A DNA stretch of 46,896 nucleotides from Desulfomonilia bacterium (GTDB lineage Bacteria; Desulfobacterota; Desulfomonilia; UBA1062), in NCBI GenBank assembly GCA_050014195.1, contig JBEKDT010000022.1:1-46896 (forward strand), written 5' to 3'. Under the pieces are notes generated by a model. The model was not told the DNA's origin and made no database searches. It worked only from the letters and a program-made list of their open reading frames with translations. The position numbers and the translations under genes were made by a program. Within the stretch, counting starts at the first letter, position 1. Each line of letters begins with the position of its first letter. Shown here piece after piece: positions 1-9,373 of this stretch.

Positions 1-127
1 CAGACATACCGCTTTCACCTTAAACTCGTCTGAATACCGATGTGCCTTCCTCGGACCCTTCATCTTTCCCACTTGGACACCTCCTCCTTAGTTAGGTCTT
101 AGTGTCCACTTTTTCTGGGGAAGTCCC
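1..127 (-). mobile_element. Left end of an IS3-family insertion sequence (terminal IR plus start of OrfA), running off the window edge
   Basis: Minus strand from 127 reads GGGACTTCCCCAGAAAAAGTGGACAC (IS3-like IR), then RBS GGAGGAGG and a frame from 63 giving MKGPRKAHRYSDEFKVKAVCL, a typical IS3 OrfA N-terminus. Confidence 0.75.
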
Positions 128-511
128 GATTCCAAAGGATTGTTTCCCATAGTAAGCCTGAAATTCTCCTTCCGGGGTGATCTTAATTCCATATGAGTAG
201 TTCTTAGATTCAAGAACATAAATATCGAAAGCCCGATTGATTATGATATGATCAATCTGAGCTACTTTATCTTCATGTTCAATTCTTAAATCGTGAATGA
301 CAGCCCAGTTCTTTGATCTACCGAAGTAGAAGTCTATGTAGTATGCTGAATCCTGCTCACCATAAGTCCCAGCCCTCATTGCTTTCAGCTCCCTTTCAAT
401 GAGAAATCGTTGTTTGGGAGTAAGGTCCTCATTGAGTAATGATGAAAGTTCTTCTACCTCTGCCTGCTTCTGCTTTGAGTCTATTCGTTTTATAATCATC
501 AACAACTCCAA
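92..511 (-). pseudogene. NERD (nuclease-related domain) protein, 3'-truncated by the IS3 element
   Basis: NERD motifs GE...IHDLRI...QIDHIII...VLESKN; the last residues GTSPEKVDTKT are translated IS terminal repeat. Confidence 0.75.
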
Positions 512-517
512 AGAACT

Positions 518-745
518 CTAATCCGGGTAGAGTAGAGGACCGGGGAAAAAGCGGATAGATTTATTGCGCATTGTCGAACGCAATATGAAAAATAAATGTC
601 CCCTTTTTCTCCTGCTCCATTGGGCCATGAGCCCTTTATAAAGCTCATAATCCTTTTTGCAGAAAAAAGTCTTCTGTCTGCGGTTTCCTCGCTGAGTGAT
701 ATGATGAGGATAGCCAGGTACGATCACTCTTGCTATTCTCGCCAT
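518..745 (-). pseudogene. REP-associated tyrosine transposase (RAYT, Y1/IS200-like) N-terminal fragment
   Basis: MARIARVIVPGYPHHITQRGNRRQKTFF is the typical RAYT N-terminus; HUH and catalytic Tyr absent; similarity ends near 613 at a REP-like repeat. Confidence 0.8.
542..612. repeat. REP/REPIN-like inverted repeat pair
   Basis: GGGGAAAAAGCGGATAGATTTATT ... AATAAATGTCCCCTTTTTCTCC. Confidence 0.6.
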
Positions 746-772
746 TCCAACCTCCCATAAATTTCAACTGCA

Positions 773-805
773 TATCATTTCTTAAAAAACTAGTATGGTG
801 TCCCC
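773..805. repeat. Direct repeat copy 1 (putative RAYT-end motif)
   Basis: TATCATTTCTTAAAAAACTAGTATGGTGTCCCC; near-identical to 5410-5441. Confidence 0.65.
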
Positions 806-851
806 GGATTTCCCTGAGAGGTCATCAACGCACATAGATAGACTCGCTGAA

Positions 852-3800
852 TTAATCATTTGTAATGAATTTCCGAATCGCCGTCATGACCTCATCATCA
901 GCCATCTCCGTAGCCAACCACTCTCGTTTCGTCAAACGTACCCACTCTTTCAGTTGTTCGTCTGTCTCTAGTGCAGGCGGTGGGAATCGTGTTGCGAGAA
1001 GTCGGGATGGACGCCTCAGCCTCACGCCAAAACGGAACCAAGCAAGCGTCTCCGGTGAATCGCAACCGTACTTGATGCACATAGGTAGGCTTGCAAGTGC
1101 AAGGGGCACTTCACCATCTAAGATTTGCTCGGCGATAGCCAAAAAACCACCTGCGATCAATGACAGTGATGACCATGCGCCTTGTGATACGGAAAGCGCC
1201 TTGGGGAGTGGCTTTCCGGCTGTTCTATCATAGGAAATGTCCTCAACTGGATCACCCGTTATTATGCTGCCGATTTCAAGAAAACTTTTCCCTGCCATCC
1301 AAGCATCCAGAGGATCATTAGCGGTTTTCCACGCTTCGGCCCATAAATCAGGTGGCTCCCAATCCAGTTTACGATTATTGAAAAGAGCCTCCATATCTTC
1401 CACGATCTTCTTAAACTGTTTAGAAATATACTTTAGTTCCACTGCAGGGAGTTGTGTCTTAAGCAACCCGGGTGGTATGTGAACAATTAGTCGCAGAAGT
1501 TCTTCCCGCCACTCGACAACACTCCAGCGGTTAGACTCCTCCGGTAACGCCGAACGCACTCGCGCCCATGCCTTACTGATTGCCAGTGTTAGGAAAAAAT
1601 CTAGTCCTGCGCGTTGTGCTGCAACTGTCAGCCAAACCGGCGCGCCCGTTTCTGCTATGAACTCTGTCCCCATTCGCACTAGATGGTTTGCGTTGTCCTC
1701 TGTTACCTCAGCGGCACCCGCCTTGCGCCGGAGATAAGCGGCATAGGTTCGACGTAGAACTTGCGCCGGCTCGATCTGATTGTCATCTCCACCGGCCAAC
1801 AGAGACACGACCTGAAGTTCGATGTCGTCTGCTTGGTCGGACCGCAAAGCATTCTGGCAAACCGAATCGAGAAACGCGGTCAGACCGCTTTGAACCCTTA
1901 CCGAATCATCGCTCTGCTGCAAGTAGTCAACCTGCTCTCGGGCTCGTTTGACAGATTCAAAATCGTCAAATGCAACTGGCTTATCCGGGATCGCAATGAC
2001 GAGACCTTGGTTGGCGAATCCAGCGCGCCCAGCGCGCCCTGCCGCGTTGAGCAGTTGCGAAAACTTCCTGCGCTGTACGATTGTCTGGTCTTCGCCTCTC
2101 GTATCACCAATCCTTGATCCGGCGATAATGACTGCAATCGCAGGCAGATTTAGCCCCTGTGCAAGAGTTCCTGTTGCAAACATAATCGGCACGCTGCGTG
2201 CTCGGAACATCAACTCGGTTGCGATTTTCTCAGGTTCAAGCATCAATGATGTGTGAACTGCGACTCCCGAATCGAGAAGCGAGAAAACCTGAGACTCACA
2301 ACCCAATTCATATTCTGACAATGTCCGGCACACAGAAACGAGATTAGGTCCAGCTGGGAGGGTGTCTAACAATTGGTCAGTGAGCCTTACTTTCTTGCCG
2401 TTTGAGAAAGGATAGTGCTTGCTTGCCGGTGTGAAGATCAGTGTTTGAATTCCAGATTCTGCGAGCGTTGTCCCTAGGCTAGTTGCACATTCGTTGACCC
2501 AACTGTCTCCTTCCCAGAAGTATTTCCACTTGCCCAACTGTTTTTTACGGAATAGCTTAAGAGGCGCTTCACAGTTGACTGGTGTTATGGCGTAGTCTTG
2601 CATTTCCTCTGACTGCCAAGCTCCTTGTAAGCTCACAGCGAGCGCGCATTCTGAATTAAAACCAAGCCTTTTGATTTTTTCTGAGCGTGTTTGCAGCTTC
2701 TCTATCGCGTCCTCTGCGCGCTTTTGAATAGAGTTATTGTCTAATCCGAGCACGGCTCTTAGAGTTCGCGTGGGTCGCCATCGAATCGTAACCGCTTTGC
2801 TGCTGTTTCCCGTCGCGTCCGCTAGCCATTCTGCTAACTCTTCGGGATTCTGAACGATGGCGGACATCAGTAAAAACCTACAATCTGGTGCACGGATCAT
2901 CAGTTGCGTCACTACAAGTTCAGCAACCGGCCCGCGTGAAGAGCCCGTGTCGCCTAGCAGATGGCACTCGTCAAACACAACAAGTCGGCAGTCCTTGAAT
3001 GTGTCTGGTGACAACCGAAGAGCGAGGGCACATTTTTCTGGAGTCATTACGGCGACCGAATTCGTGGGCATCTGATCAACTCGTTCCGCGGTGAAGATCG
3101 AGTATTCCTGATCCCCAATGAACGCAAATATCTGTGTCTGCAGATCCTTCAGAGCTTTTCTAAGATCCCCGCGTACTTGCTCAGTCAGGACGTTGGTCGG
3201 AGCTAGATAGAGTACCCATCCACTGTATACCGCCTGCGACACAGCCAACTCGGCTACAAACGATTTACCACTCCCTGTCGGCATAGCTACGACAGCGTGC
3301 CTTGTATCACCGAGTAGACATTCCCTGACGTATTCAAATGCGGATGGCCACAGAACCGGGCGCCCAAGTGAGTCGGAATCACCGGTTGCTCTTGCCCTCA
3401 AGTACCTGCGATACAAAAGCAAGTCGCCATTCGGCGGATGTGGCATAACATGGATGAGTGCTCGTTCCCCTATTGCCGGGAAGCATAGCTGCATCAGCGT
3501 AGCCAGATGAAAGATTCGGCTGAATTCGTAGCCAAGCAAGCTATTGTCGGCGTTTGCATCTTCGATGGAGAGCGCTTTGATTATCGCATCGAGTCTCCCC
3601 GTTGCTGACGAAAGTCCGTCTTGTTCACCACCGAGCCATGAAGCGAATATGATCGCCGCCTTACCAAGTTCGACGAATAGCCTACTAACCGTGTCCGCTT
3701 CGAGTTCTTGCGGAGTAAGTTCATTGGCAAATGAGAACGAGTAGTCAAAGTCGCTGCTCAGCGACGGAAACAACGCAAGACGACATAGCCTTTCAAGTCG

Positions 3801-4289
3801 ATCGAAACACCACGCTGCCGCCCGATCGACCAACAATGCATCAGCGTCCGCCACAGGTGGAGCCAAGCTCAGTACACCGGAAGCGCAGGCATCGTATCTC
3901 GAGAATAAGTAGAGGAGTGATGATTCCACTCTAGCGATTCGTTCAGCCGATCGAATTTCATCAACCTTATCAACGCCGCTGACATCGCGTACAGCCGCCA
4001 GATAATCTGCCATTAAGGCAATTGCTTCAGCGGCCACGAATCCTGCTGCCTGACGCTCAGAATATTTACGTCCTTCGTCAAGAACTACATGGTAGATCAG
4101 AGTGTTGGCTAAGCGTCGAAGAAACGACTGTACTTTGCCAAACTCGTCAATCCCGTCAATCGTTCCGTTGACGCGGTACTGGATAATGGCAAGATATGCA
4201 GACGACAGCGCGCGAAGGGCGTTATCACGAATCAATCCGTCAAACTCTGGGAAATCCTGGAAAAGTGATCGCGCGTAATCGTCAAACAT
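852..4289 (-). CDS. hamB: Ski2-like DEAD/DEAH-box helicase, Hachiman HamB-like
   Basis: Motifs MPTGSGKS, DECH, LMSA, ATGTLAQGLNLP, AGRAGRAG; starts 7 bp after a HamA-like nuclease gene. Confidence 0.7.
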   Translation of the reverse strand: MFDDYARSLFQDFPEFDGLIRDNALRALSSAYLAIIQYRVNGTIDGIDEFGKVQSFLRRLANTLIYHVVLDEGRKYSERQAAGFVAAEAIALMADYLAAVRDVSGVDKVDEIRSAERIARVESSLLYLFSRYDACASGVLSLAPPVADADALLVDRAAAWCFDRLERLCRLALFPSLSSDFDYSFSFANELTPQELEADTVSRLFVELGKAAIIFASWLGGEQDGLSSATGRLDAIIKALSIEDANADNSLLGYEFSRIFHLATLMQLCFPAIGERALIHVMPHPPNGDLLLYRRYLRARATGDSDSLGRPVLWPSAFEYVRECLLGDTRHAVVAMPTGSGKSFVAELAVSQAVYSGWVLYLAPTNVLTEQVRGDLRKALKDLQTQIFAFIGDQEYSIFTAERVDQMPTNSVAVMTPEKCALALRLSPDTFKDCRLVVFDECHLLGDTGSSRGPVAELVVTQLMIRAPDCRFLLMSAIVQNPEELAEWLADATGNSSKAVTIRWRPTRTLRAVLGLDNNSIQKRAEDAIEKLQTRSEKIKRLGFNSECALAVSLQGAWQSEEMQDYAITPVNCEAPLKLFRKKQLGKWKYFWEGDSWVNECATSLGTTLAESGIQTLIFTPASKHYPFSNGKKVRLTDQLLDTLPAGPNLVSVCRTLSEYELGCESQVFSLLDSGVAVHTSLMLEPEKIATELMFRARSVPIMFATGTLAQGLNLPAIAVIIAGSRIGDTRGEDQTIVQRRKFSQLLNAAGRAGRAGFANQGLVIAIPDKPVAFDDFESVKRAREQVDYLQQSDDSVRVQSGLTAFLDSVCQNALRSDQADDIELQVVSLLAGGDDNQIEPAQVLRRTYAAYLRRKAGAAEVTEDNANHLVRMGTEFIAETGAPVWLTVAAQRAGLDFFLTLAISKAWARVRSALPEESNRWSVVEWREELLRLIVHIPPGLLKTQLPAVELKYISKQFKKIVEDMEALFNNRKLDWEPPDLWAEAWKTANDPLDAWMAGKSFLEIGSIITGDPVEDISYDRTAGKPLPKALSVSQGAWSSLSLIAGGFLAIAEQILDGEVPLALASLPMCIKYGCDSPETLAWFRFGVRLRRPSRLLATRFPPPALETDEQLKEWVRLTKREWLATEMADDEVMTAIRKFITND

Positions 4290-4296
4290 TAATTGA

Positions 4297-5181
4297 TCAC
4301 TCCTTTATGGAAACGTATGACCTCATTATGTAGCTAATTGCATCGAACATTTTGCGTGCTTCCGGTAGCGACAATGGAAACAGGAACTTCCGCGATACAG
4401 GAATTGCAAGTCGATTAAGCGATTGTCGTTTTTGTGTCCAACTACATGCGTGCTCACTATCACAACAGACAAACGGCAGATAACTGCGTTCGTCCCGCCA
4501 GAAAGCACCTGACAACTTCTCCTTAGCGTCTTCATCCAACGCGCTACGGAGTTGATTTACTACCGACCGGATCTCAATATCCCTGACGCCTGCGTCGATT
4601 TCACCTAGTTTGTTCGACGCATCTGTGATGCCGCGTGACGGATCGTCGAAGTAGGCTTTGCATTCTCCAGCGGATATTCCGAGATTGCTAGCCTCATAGA
4701 TTGCGATGACATCAAGTCCGTGATCATGCACGTCATACTTGATGCTTGTTTTCACCAGCACGCGACCGCTTGGGTGGAAATCGGGATCAAATCGCGACAA
4801 GTGAATCAACATGTGGCTAATGCTCTCCCAAATCCACGGATCGCGAACCATCTTCTTGAACTCATCATCGACATTGTGTTCGCCAATGACATTAATTACA
4901 TCACGTTCAAGCTCGCGCGACATTTCTGCTTCTCCAAACAGCGCCTTGCGGATTTGTAGATTCGCCTCGATAATTTGTGCGATTGCAGAGACCAGATAGA
5001 TTGCGGTTGCTTCTAGCACCTCCTCACTGTCGAAGTTTTGCACAACTAGCAATGAATGCGATTCACACTCGGTCAGTTCGATGGAAAGACGGAGAGCCAG
5101 TGTCTCAAGAGACGTGGTAATGTCCTCATGCAAGTAATACGGGCCACGGTAACTTGAACTGATTACAAATGTATTGGGCAT
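4297..5181 (-). CDS. hamA: HamA-like (DUF1837-type) PD-(D/E)xK nuclease
   Basis: K...HGLDVIAI...GECKAY nuclease-type motif; directly upstream of a Ski2-like helicase. Confidence 0.62.
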   Translation of the reverse strand: MPNTFVISSSYRGPYYLHEDITTSLETLALRLSIELTECESHSLLVVQNFDSEEVLEATAIYLVSAIAQIIEANLQIRKALFGEAEMSRELERDVINVIGEHNVDDEFKKMVRDPWIWESISHMLIHLSRFDPDFHPSGRVLVKTSIKYDVHDHGLDVIAIYEASNLGISAGECKAYFDDPSRGITDASNKLGEIDAGVRDIEIRSVVNQLRSALDEDAKEKLSGAFWRDERSYLPFVCCDSEHACSWTQKRQSLNRLAIPVSRKFLFPLSLPEARKMFDAISYIMRSYVSIKE

Positions 5182-5334
5182 CTCAAAGGCTCTCCGCTAT
5201 TGAAAGCAATGATTCTTGTTGTTGCACTGGCACATTATGACCCTAGCTTTCCTCACCACAGGACGCTCAAAGTATTCATCTCATGGATAATAGAAGAAAC
5301 CTTGCGATAAATTTCATACCGAACGGCGCACTTC

Positions 5335-5410
5335 AGGGAGAAATCGGGGATGGTTCACATTAAACTAACCCCAAACTTATAAAATATGAACCCATCCCCA
5401 GTTTCTCCCT
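5335..5410. repeat. ~27-bp imperfect inverted repeat (REPIN-like)
   Basis: AGGGAGAAATCGGGGATGGTTCACATT ... AATATGAACCCATCCCCAGTTTCTCCCT. Confidence 0.7.
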
Positions 5411-5441
5411 ATCATCTCTTAAAAACTTGTATGGTGGCCCC
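5410..5441. repeat. Direct repeat copy 2 (putative RAYT-end motif)
   Basis: TATCATCTCTTAAAAACTTGTATGGTGGCCCC; matches 773-805. Confidence 0.65.
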
Positions 5442-5459
5442 CGTCCTAGGAAGACCAGT

Positions 5460-6560
5460 CTAGGTATGAATTAAATTCATTGATGACAACACGGGATAAT
5501 GGTCCGAGGCTCTGATTATATGGTCATGAATGACCCGATTACCATGCAATTCTTGTCCTATAGCAGGATCAAGGGAAAGAAATTTGGGCCCCGCAAATAT
5601 ATAGTCCAAAGTCAATGTCGGATCATTACTTATACCTTTAGCTTTAGTACCATGCCCATATCGACTATTTTTCGCTGGAACAGTATCAATAAAATTTATC
5701 CTCTTGATATACTCGTATTCTGCAGATTCTTCTGTGAAATTAAAATCGCCTGCTATAATCCAAACAGGTGAATGCCGTTTAAACGTTTCGTCCTCCTCTT
5801 CCTTTCTTTTTTCGCCTCGCTCACGATATCCGCTCTGTCGCCACGAGTTGTAACGTGAAACAATTCCGTTAAAGATAACATCCAATTGGTTCATTCTGAT
5901 TCTCACTGCTAATGCATCAGTTTCTGGCACACCTTCTCTCTCCATCATTAGAGTAGTCAGATGCACATTGATAACGAAAACATCAAGCGGCTGTTGACAA
6001 GGATTGCCTGTTCCTGCAGGCATACCGTCCGGCCCGTAAATGAAGTGAGCGACTAATGCTGCACGCGGCTCAGTGTTGCGGTCACCGAAATAAAGTCCTG
6101 AGTCCAAATGAACAAGTTCGATAAAATGATCTTCATTGGTTCCAGGTCGTTGCTGATCAGCTTTCGATAAATCCCAAACAGGAAAATGTGGAGCATCACT
6201 CTTAATCAAAAACGCGTTTCCTTGCGCGAAGTAAGTCTTAGGATGCCAATCACTATCCTTTTTTATCTTGTTCCACTTCGCCTTAGAGGAAAGTATGTCG
6301 CTATCAATGAGAGGAAAGGGAAAATAATTATAACCTGGAATTTCATCCAACAAATCTCTTATTTTATCGTCTGAAGGCTCCCTATAGCGAACAATCTCCT
6401 GCAGTACAACCACGTCAGGTTGAGGTCCCATTTTACGATCTGTCAATATTGTGACGAGCGCTTGGTTGATATCCTTGCGTATCTTTTCCCTCTGATCCTT
6501 TGTCTTTTGTTCAAGGACCTTAGCCCCCCCAATGTTCCAATTAAGTACTGTGAATAGCAT
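5460..6560 (-). CDS. Endonuclease/exonuclease/phosphatase (EEP) family protein
   Basis: Full motif set NWNI, DVVVLQE, NVHL, AGDFN, LDYIF, SDHYPV; ATG overlaps the upstream kinase stop (TAATG). Confidence 0.9.
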   Translation of the reverse strand: MLFTVLNWNIGGAKVLEQKTKDQREKIRKDINQALVTILTDRKMGPQPDVVVLQEIVRYREPSDDKIRDLLDEIPGYNYFPFPLIDSDILSSKAKWNKIKKDSDWHPKTYFAQGNAFLIKSDAPHFPVWDLSKADQQRPGTNEDHFIELVHLDSGLYFGDRNTEPRAALVAHFIYGPDGMPAGTGNPCQQPLDVFVINVHLTTLMMEREGVPETDALAVRIRMNQLDVIFNGIVSRYNSWRQSGYRERGEKRKEEEDETFKRHSPVWIIAGDFNFTEESAEYEYIKRINFIDTVPAKNSRYGHGTKAKGISNDPTLTLDYIFAGPKFLSLDPAIGQELHGNRVIHDHIIRASDHYPVLSSMNLIHT

Positions 6561-7705
6561 TACCTTTCCTCCTGTAATGGAAGATTTTTTATTTCGTGTC
6601 CATGTGGTTGAATCTTGAATGGAATCTCACGATACACCCCCCGCAACTCTTGTCGCAACACAGCCAACGACTCGGGATCATGACCGAATACGAGTATGCC
6701 TCCACCTCCTCCAGCACCTAAAGGAAATACAACACATTCTGCTTCGCGAGCAAATCCCTGCAGTTCTTTTGCCCCATCCATGTATGCAGGACATAAAAGG
6801 CTACGCACTTCTTGATAATCTTTAATAGTTTCACGAACATCATTCCAATGATTTAGCCTCAGTCCCTCGCGAAATCGATAGGCAATATCCAGTTTTAGTT
6901 TATGAAGTCTGTATCCCTCCTGTTGATACAGAGCATTCACCCAGATAGAATTTACATCTGTACTGGCTCGCGTAATTCCAGAATGAAAGATGGCAAAGCG
7001 TTTTTCTAATTCCTCATATCGCTCGTGGGGTACTAATTCGCTCCGAATCGATGTACCATACCCAGTGTTATCGATTTTGGGAATTCCCCAGGGAAACCAA
7101 ACATAGTCGCATACTCCGCCAAATATAACATTAGACTGCTCCTGGGTTCCGGTGATGCTTACGCCATAATCCTGTTCAAGTCGTGATGCCATTGAAACGA
7201 GCTGAAGAGAAGTGAAAGGCCTGCCCGCCAGCTCGTTAGCTAGTATACATACACCGGTTGTTGCCGACGCTGATCCACCGAGACCAGATGATTGAATTCC
7301 GGGACGAAGATTATGCAACACGAACTTAACTCCTCTTAGCCCGAATAACTCGAGGGTTTTCAGTAACCAATTCTGCTTGGTTGGCAAGACTTCACCGGGT
7401 TTTGCAAAAACTTCTGTTCCATATTCAATAGACTGGACTGCGATCAATTCAGGGTTAAACGGTTCTGCGTATATTTGGGTGCCAATATTTATAGTTATAC
7501 CCACAGTTCTTGGTAACATACGGGTCCATTCCATTGCTTGATCGGCGGTTAAATCATTTGGTATTGATGGCAACGACCAAAAAGACTGTTGAAATTCTCG
7601 TAAATCCAAACTGGAGCCGGGACCGTCGATTCGATTGTAAGCCAAAACCGTTGGTAAGCTCTTCCTTCTTGCAGCTGCGATCAACAAGCTATGAAGATCT
7701 GACAT
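6560..7705 (-). CDS. GHMP-family kinase, distantly HddA/sugar-phosphate-kinase-like
   Basis: NRIDGPGSSLD, ATP loop PGIQSSGLGGSAS, GTQEQ, LGAGGGG; RBS GGAGG upstream. Confidence 0.85.
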   Translation of the reverse strand: MSDLHSLLIAAARRKSLPTVLAYNRIDGPGSSLDLREFQQSFWSLPSIPNDLTADQAMEWTRMLPRTVGITINIGTQIYAEPFNPELIAVQSIEYGTEVFAKPGEVLPTKQNWLLKTLELFGLRGVKFVLHNLRPGIQSSGLGGSASATTGVCILANELAGRPFTSLQLVSMASRLEQDYGVSITGTQEQSNVIFGGVCDYVWFPWGIPKIDNTGYGTSIRSELVPHERYEELEKRFAIFHSGITRASTDVNSIWVNALYQQEGYRLHKLKLDIAYRFREGLRLNHWNDVRETIKDYQEVRSLLCPAYMDGAKELQGFAREAECVVFPLGAGGGGGILVFGHDPESLAVLRQELRGVYREIPFKIQPHGHEIKNLPLQEER

Positions 7706-7747
7706 GGTTTAGTAACCTCCGAATGCTATCACTGTGAATCTACCTGG

Positions 7748-7803
7748 TCCTAACATGCCGGTCATCAGCCGCCGTAGGCCGTCGGCTAGAGTGACTGATG
7801 AGG
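7748..7803 (-). other. Degenerate integron attC-like recombination site
   Basis: Minus strand CCTCATC-AGTCA-CTCTAGCCGAC...GCGGCTGA...GTTAGGA; 56 bp, L boxes pair with two extrahelical bases, 6 bp after TIR stop; R'' lacks perfect AAC. Confidence 0.55.
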
Positions 7804-7809
7804 TGGTAC

Positions 7810-8846
7810 TCAATCGGACAAGTCTCCTACGGTTGTGTTTGCAGTGTACAATCTTGAAATTTCTGCGATGGCCGTGGCTTTTGTCGATCCTTCTTCCTGT
7901 GACTTTCGATACATCACCTCAAAGTCACGAATCCCATTCTGAACTTTCTCTGAATCATACTTTACTATGGTCATCTCATAACCAGGCGTGTGGTGTAGCT
8001 TATAACCTTCAATAACAAGGCGTTCGCTTATGATGTACTTATTTGGACCAAGGTAACGACCGATGAGGTAGTCAATGTTCTTCTGTTCAATTGCCTCTTG
8101 CATCCAATTTAGAAGGAATCTGTAACGGGGCGCCAGATGCTTACTCAAATATGCGCGTACTGGCCACAACAAAAGACTTAGTCGTGCATTTGGTAGATCG
8201 GCCATTTTTAAGAGCAGCCGCTTCTCCTCAAGCAACAGTCCAACGTACTCGTCAGAGTGGTAGTCATCGACCCTGTATAGCGGATCGCCGGAAGTTGCGA
8301 TGGAAGAGAAGGCTGCTTGTACCCGGATGATCAAGTTTGACGGACGTTCCTCAAGGAGTTTCTCGAAGACTCTAACGATGAATTTTGTTCGCTCGATTTT
8401 TCCAGTTACGACCTGGTCGAAGTTCACATCGTTGATGATGCTCGACCCAAAGGCGTAACCGTGTAGAGCTGAAACAAGGCGGTCAATCGCCTCGAAAGGC
8501 CTTGACCAGTCGAACAACGAATAAGCTTGAAGACCAGCCAGCATTCCTATCGGTGATACATCGCTCTCTATGGCGAGAGGCCATATGTGTTTCTCGTGCG
8601 CAAGGGCGTAGCCGACTTCCTGATTAACCCACGCCGATTTAGCAGATGTGGAGGTCAGCAATACCAAGAATACGTCAGCATCCCTGATCATCTTCTTAAG
8701 TTTTTCATCGAATGCCAACCCAGCTCTAAGCTGACGATCAATGAGGCACGTGATCCCATTTGTCTTGAGAACATAAGAGAGGAAGTGTGCGACGGCTTCA
8801 TCGCGACGGCTTCATCGCGACGGCTATATGATATAAATACTTTCAT
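7810..8846 (-). pseudogene. TIR-domain protein with C-terminal PLD-like/DUF5919-like domain, frameshifted by a 14-bp duplication
   Basis: True start MKVFISYSRRD at 8846; removing one repeat unit joins it to the 7810-8718 ORF (340 aa) with catalytic SAWVNQEVGYA; C-terminal domain call is tentative. Confidence 0.85.
8789..8825. repeat. Tandem repeat, 14-bp unit x2.6
   Basis: GCGACGGCTTCATC GCGACGGCTTCATC GCGACGGCT. Confidence 0.95.
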
Positions 8847-9279
8847 GGCTCAACAGTTCCTTATAGAATACATTTACCACCCAATTAATATACTGCACTT
8901 TTGTTGTATATCACTATAATTATCCGATGCACTATTGCAGTATATCCGGATATTGGGTTTAAGGCATTATACTGTTATAGATATATAGACACATAAATAC
9001 CTGATAGTAAGTTATTTCAACTGAATAGCCCAAACTCCGTGCCTGAAGGGTGGATTCGTGGAGTTGTATGGGGCCCTCCTTCAAGAGCGGCAGGCTGTTG
9101 TCAATCCATTTCACGGCTGTGCTGCACGGGATAAGACTGTATTTTATCAGGAAGTCAGGAGCATTGTCAAAGAAAAGGGGTTGTGGCTGGACCGTTCCAG
9201 CATGTCGCTGTCTTCTGCGAGACTGTTGCATAGGTGTTTTGGTTGTCGTTCCCGGCCTACTCCCCCGAAGCATACATCC

Positions 9280-9309
9280 CACGGGCAAGGCCTGCGGCCT
9301 TTGCCCGTG
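9280..9309. repeat. GC-rich palindrome, REP-like
   Basis: CACGGGCAAGGCC-TGC-GGCCTTTGCCCGTG. Confidence 0.5.
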
Positions 9310-9373
9310 CCACCCATTCGAAAATTGTCCCTGACGTTATCGGGGAGTGGGGACCCAGGAACCATGATAAATA

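Noticed and set aside
7810-8718. TIR gene starting at TTG 8718 as in the ORF track
   Set aside because: Lacks the first TIR strand and helix, which lie upstream in another frame from ATG 8846
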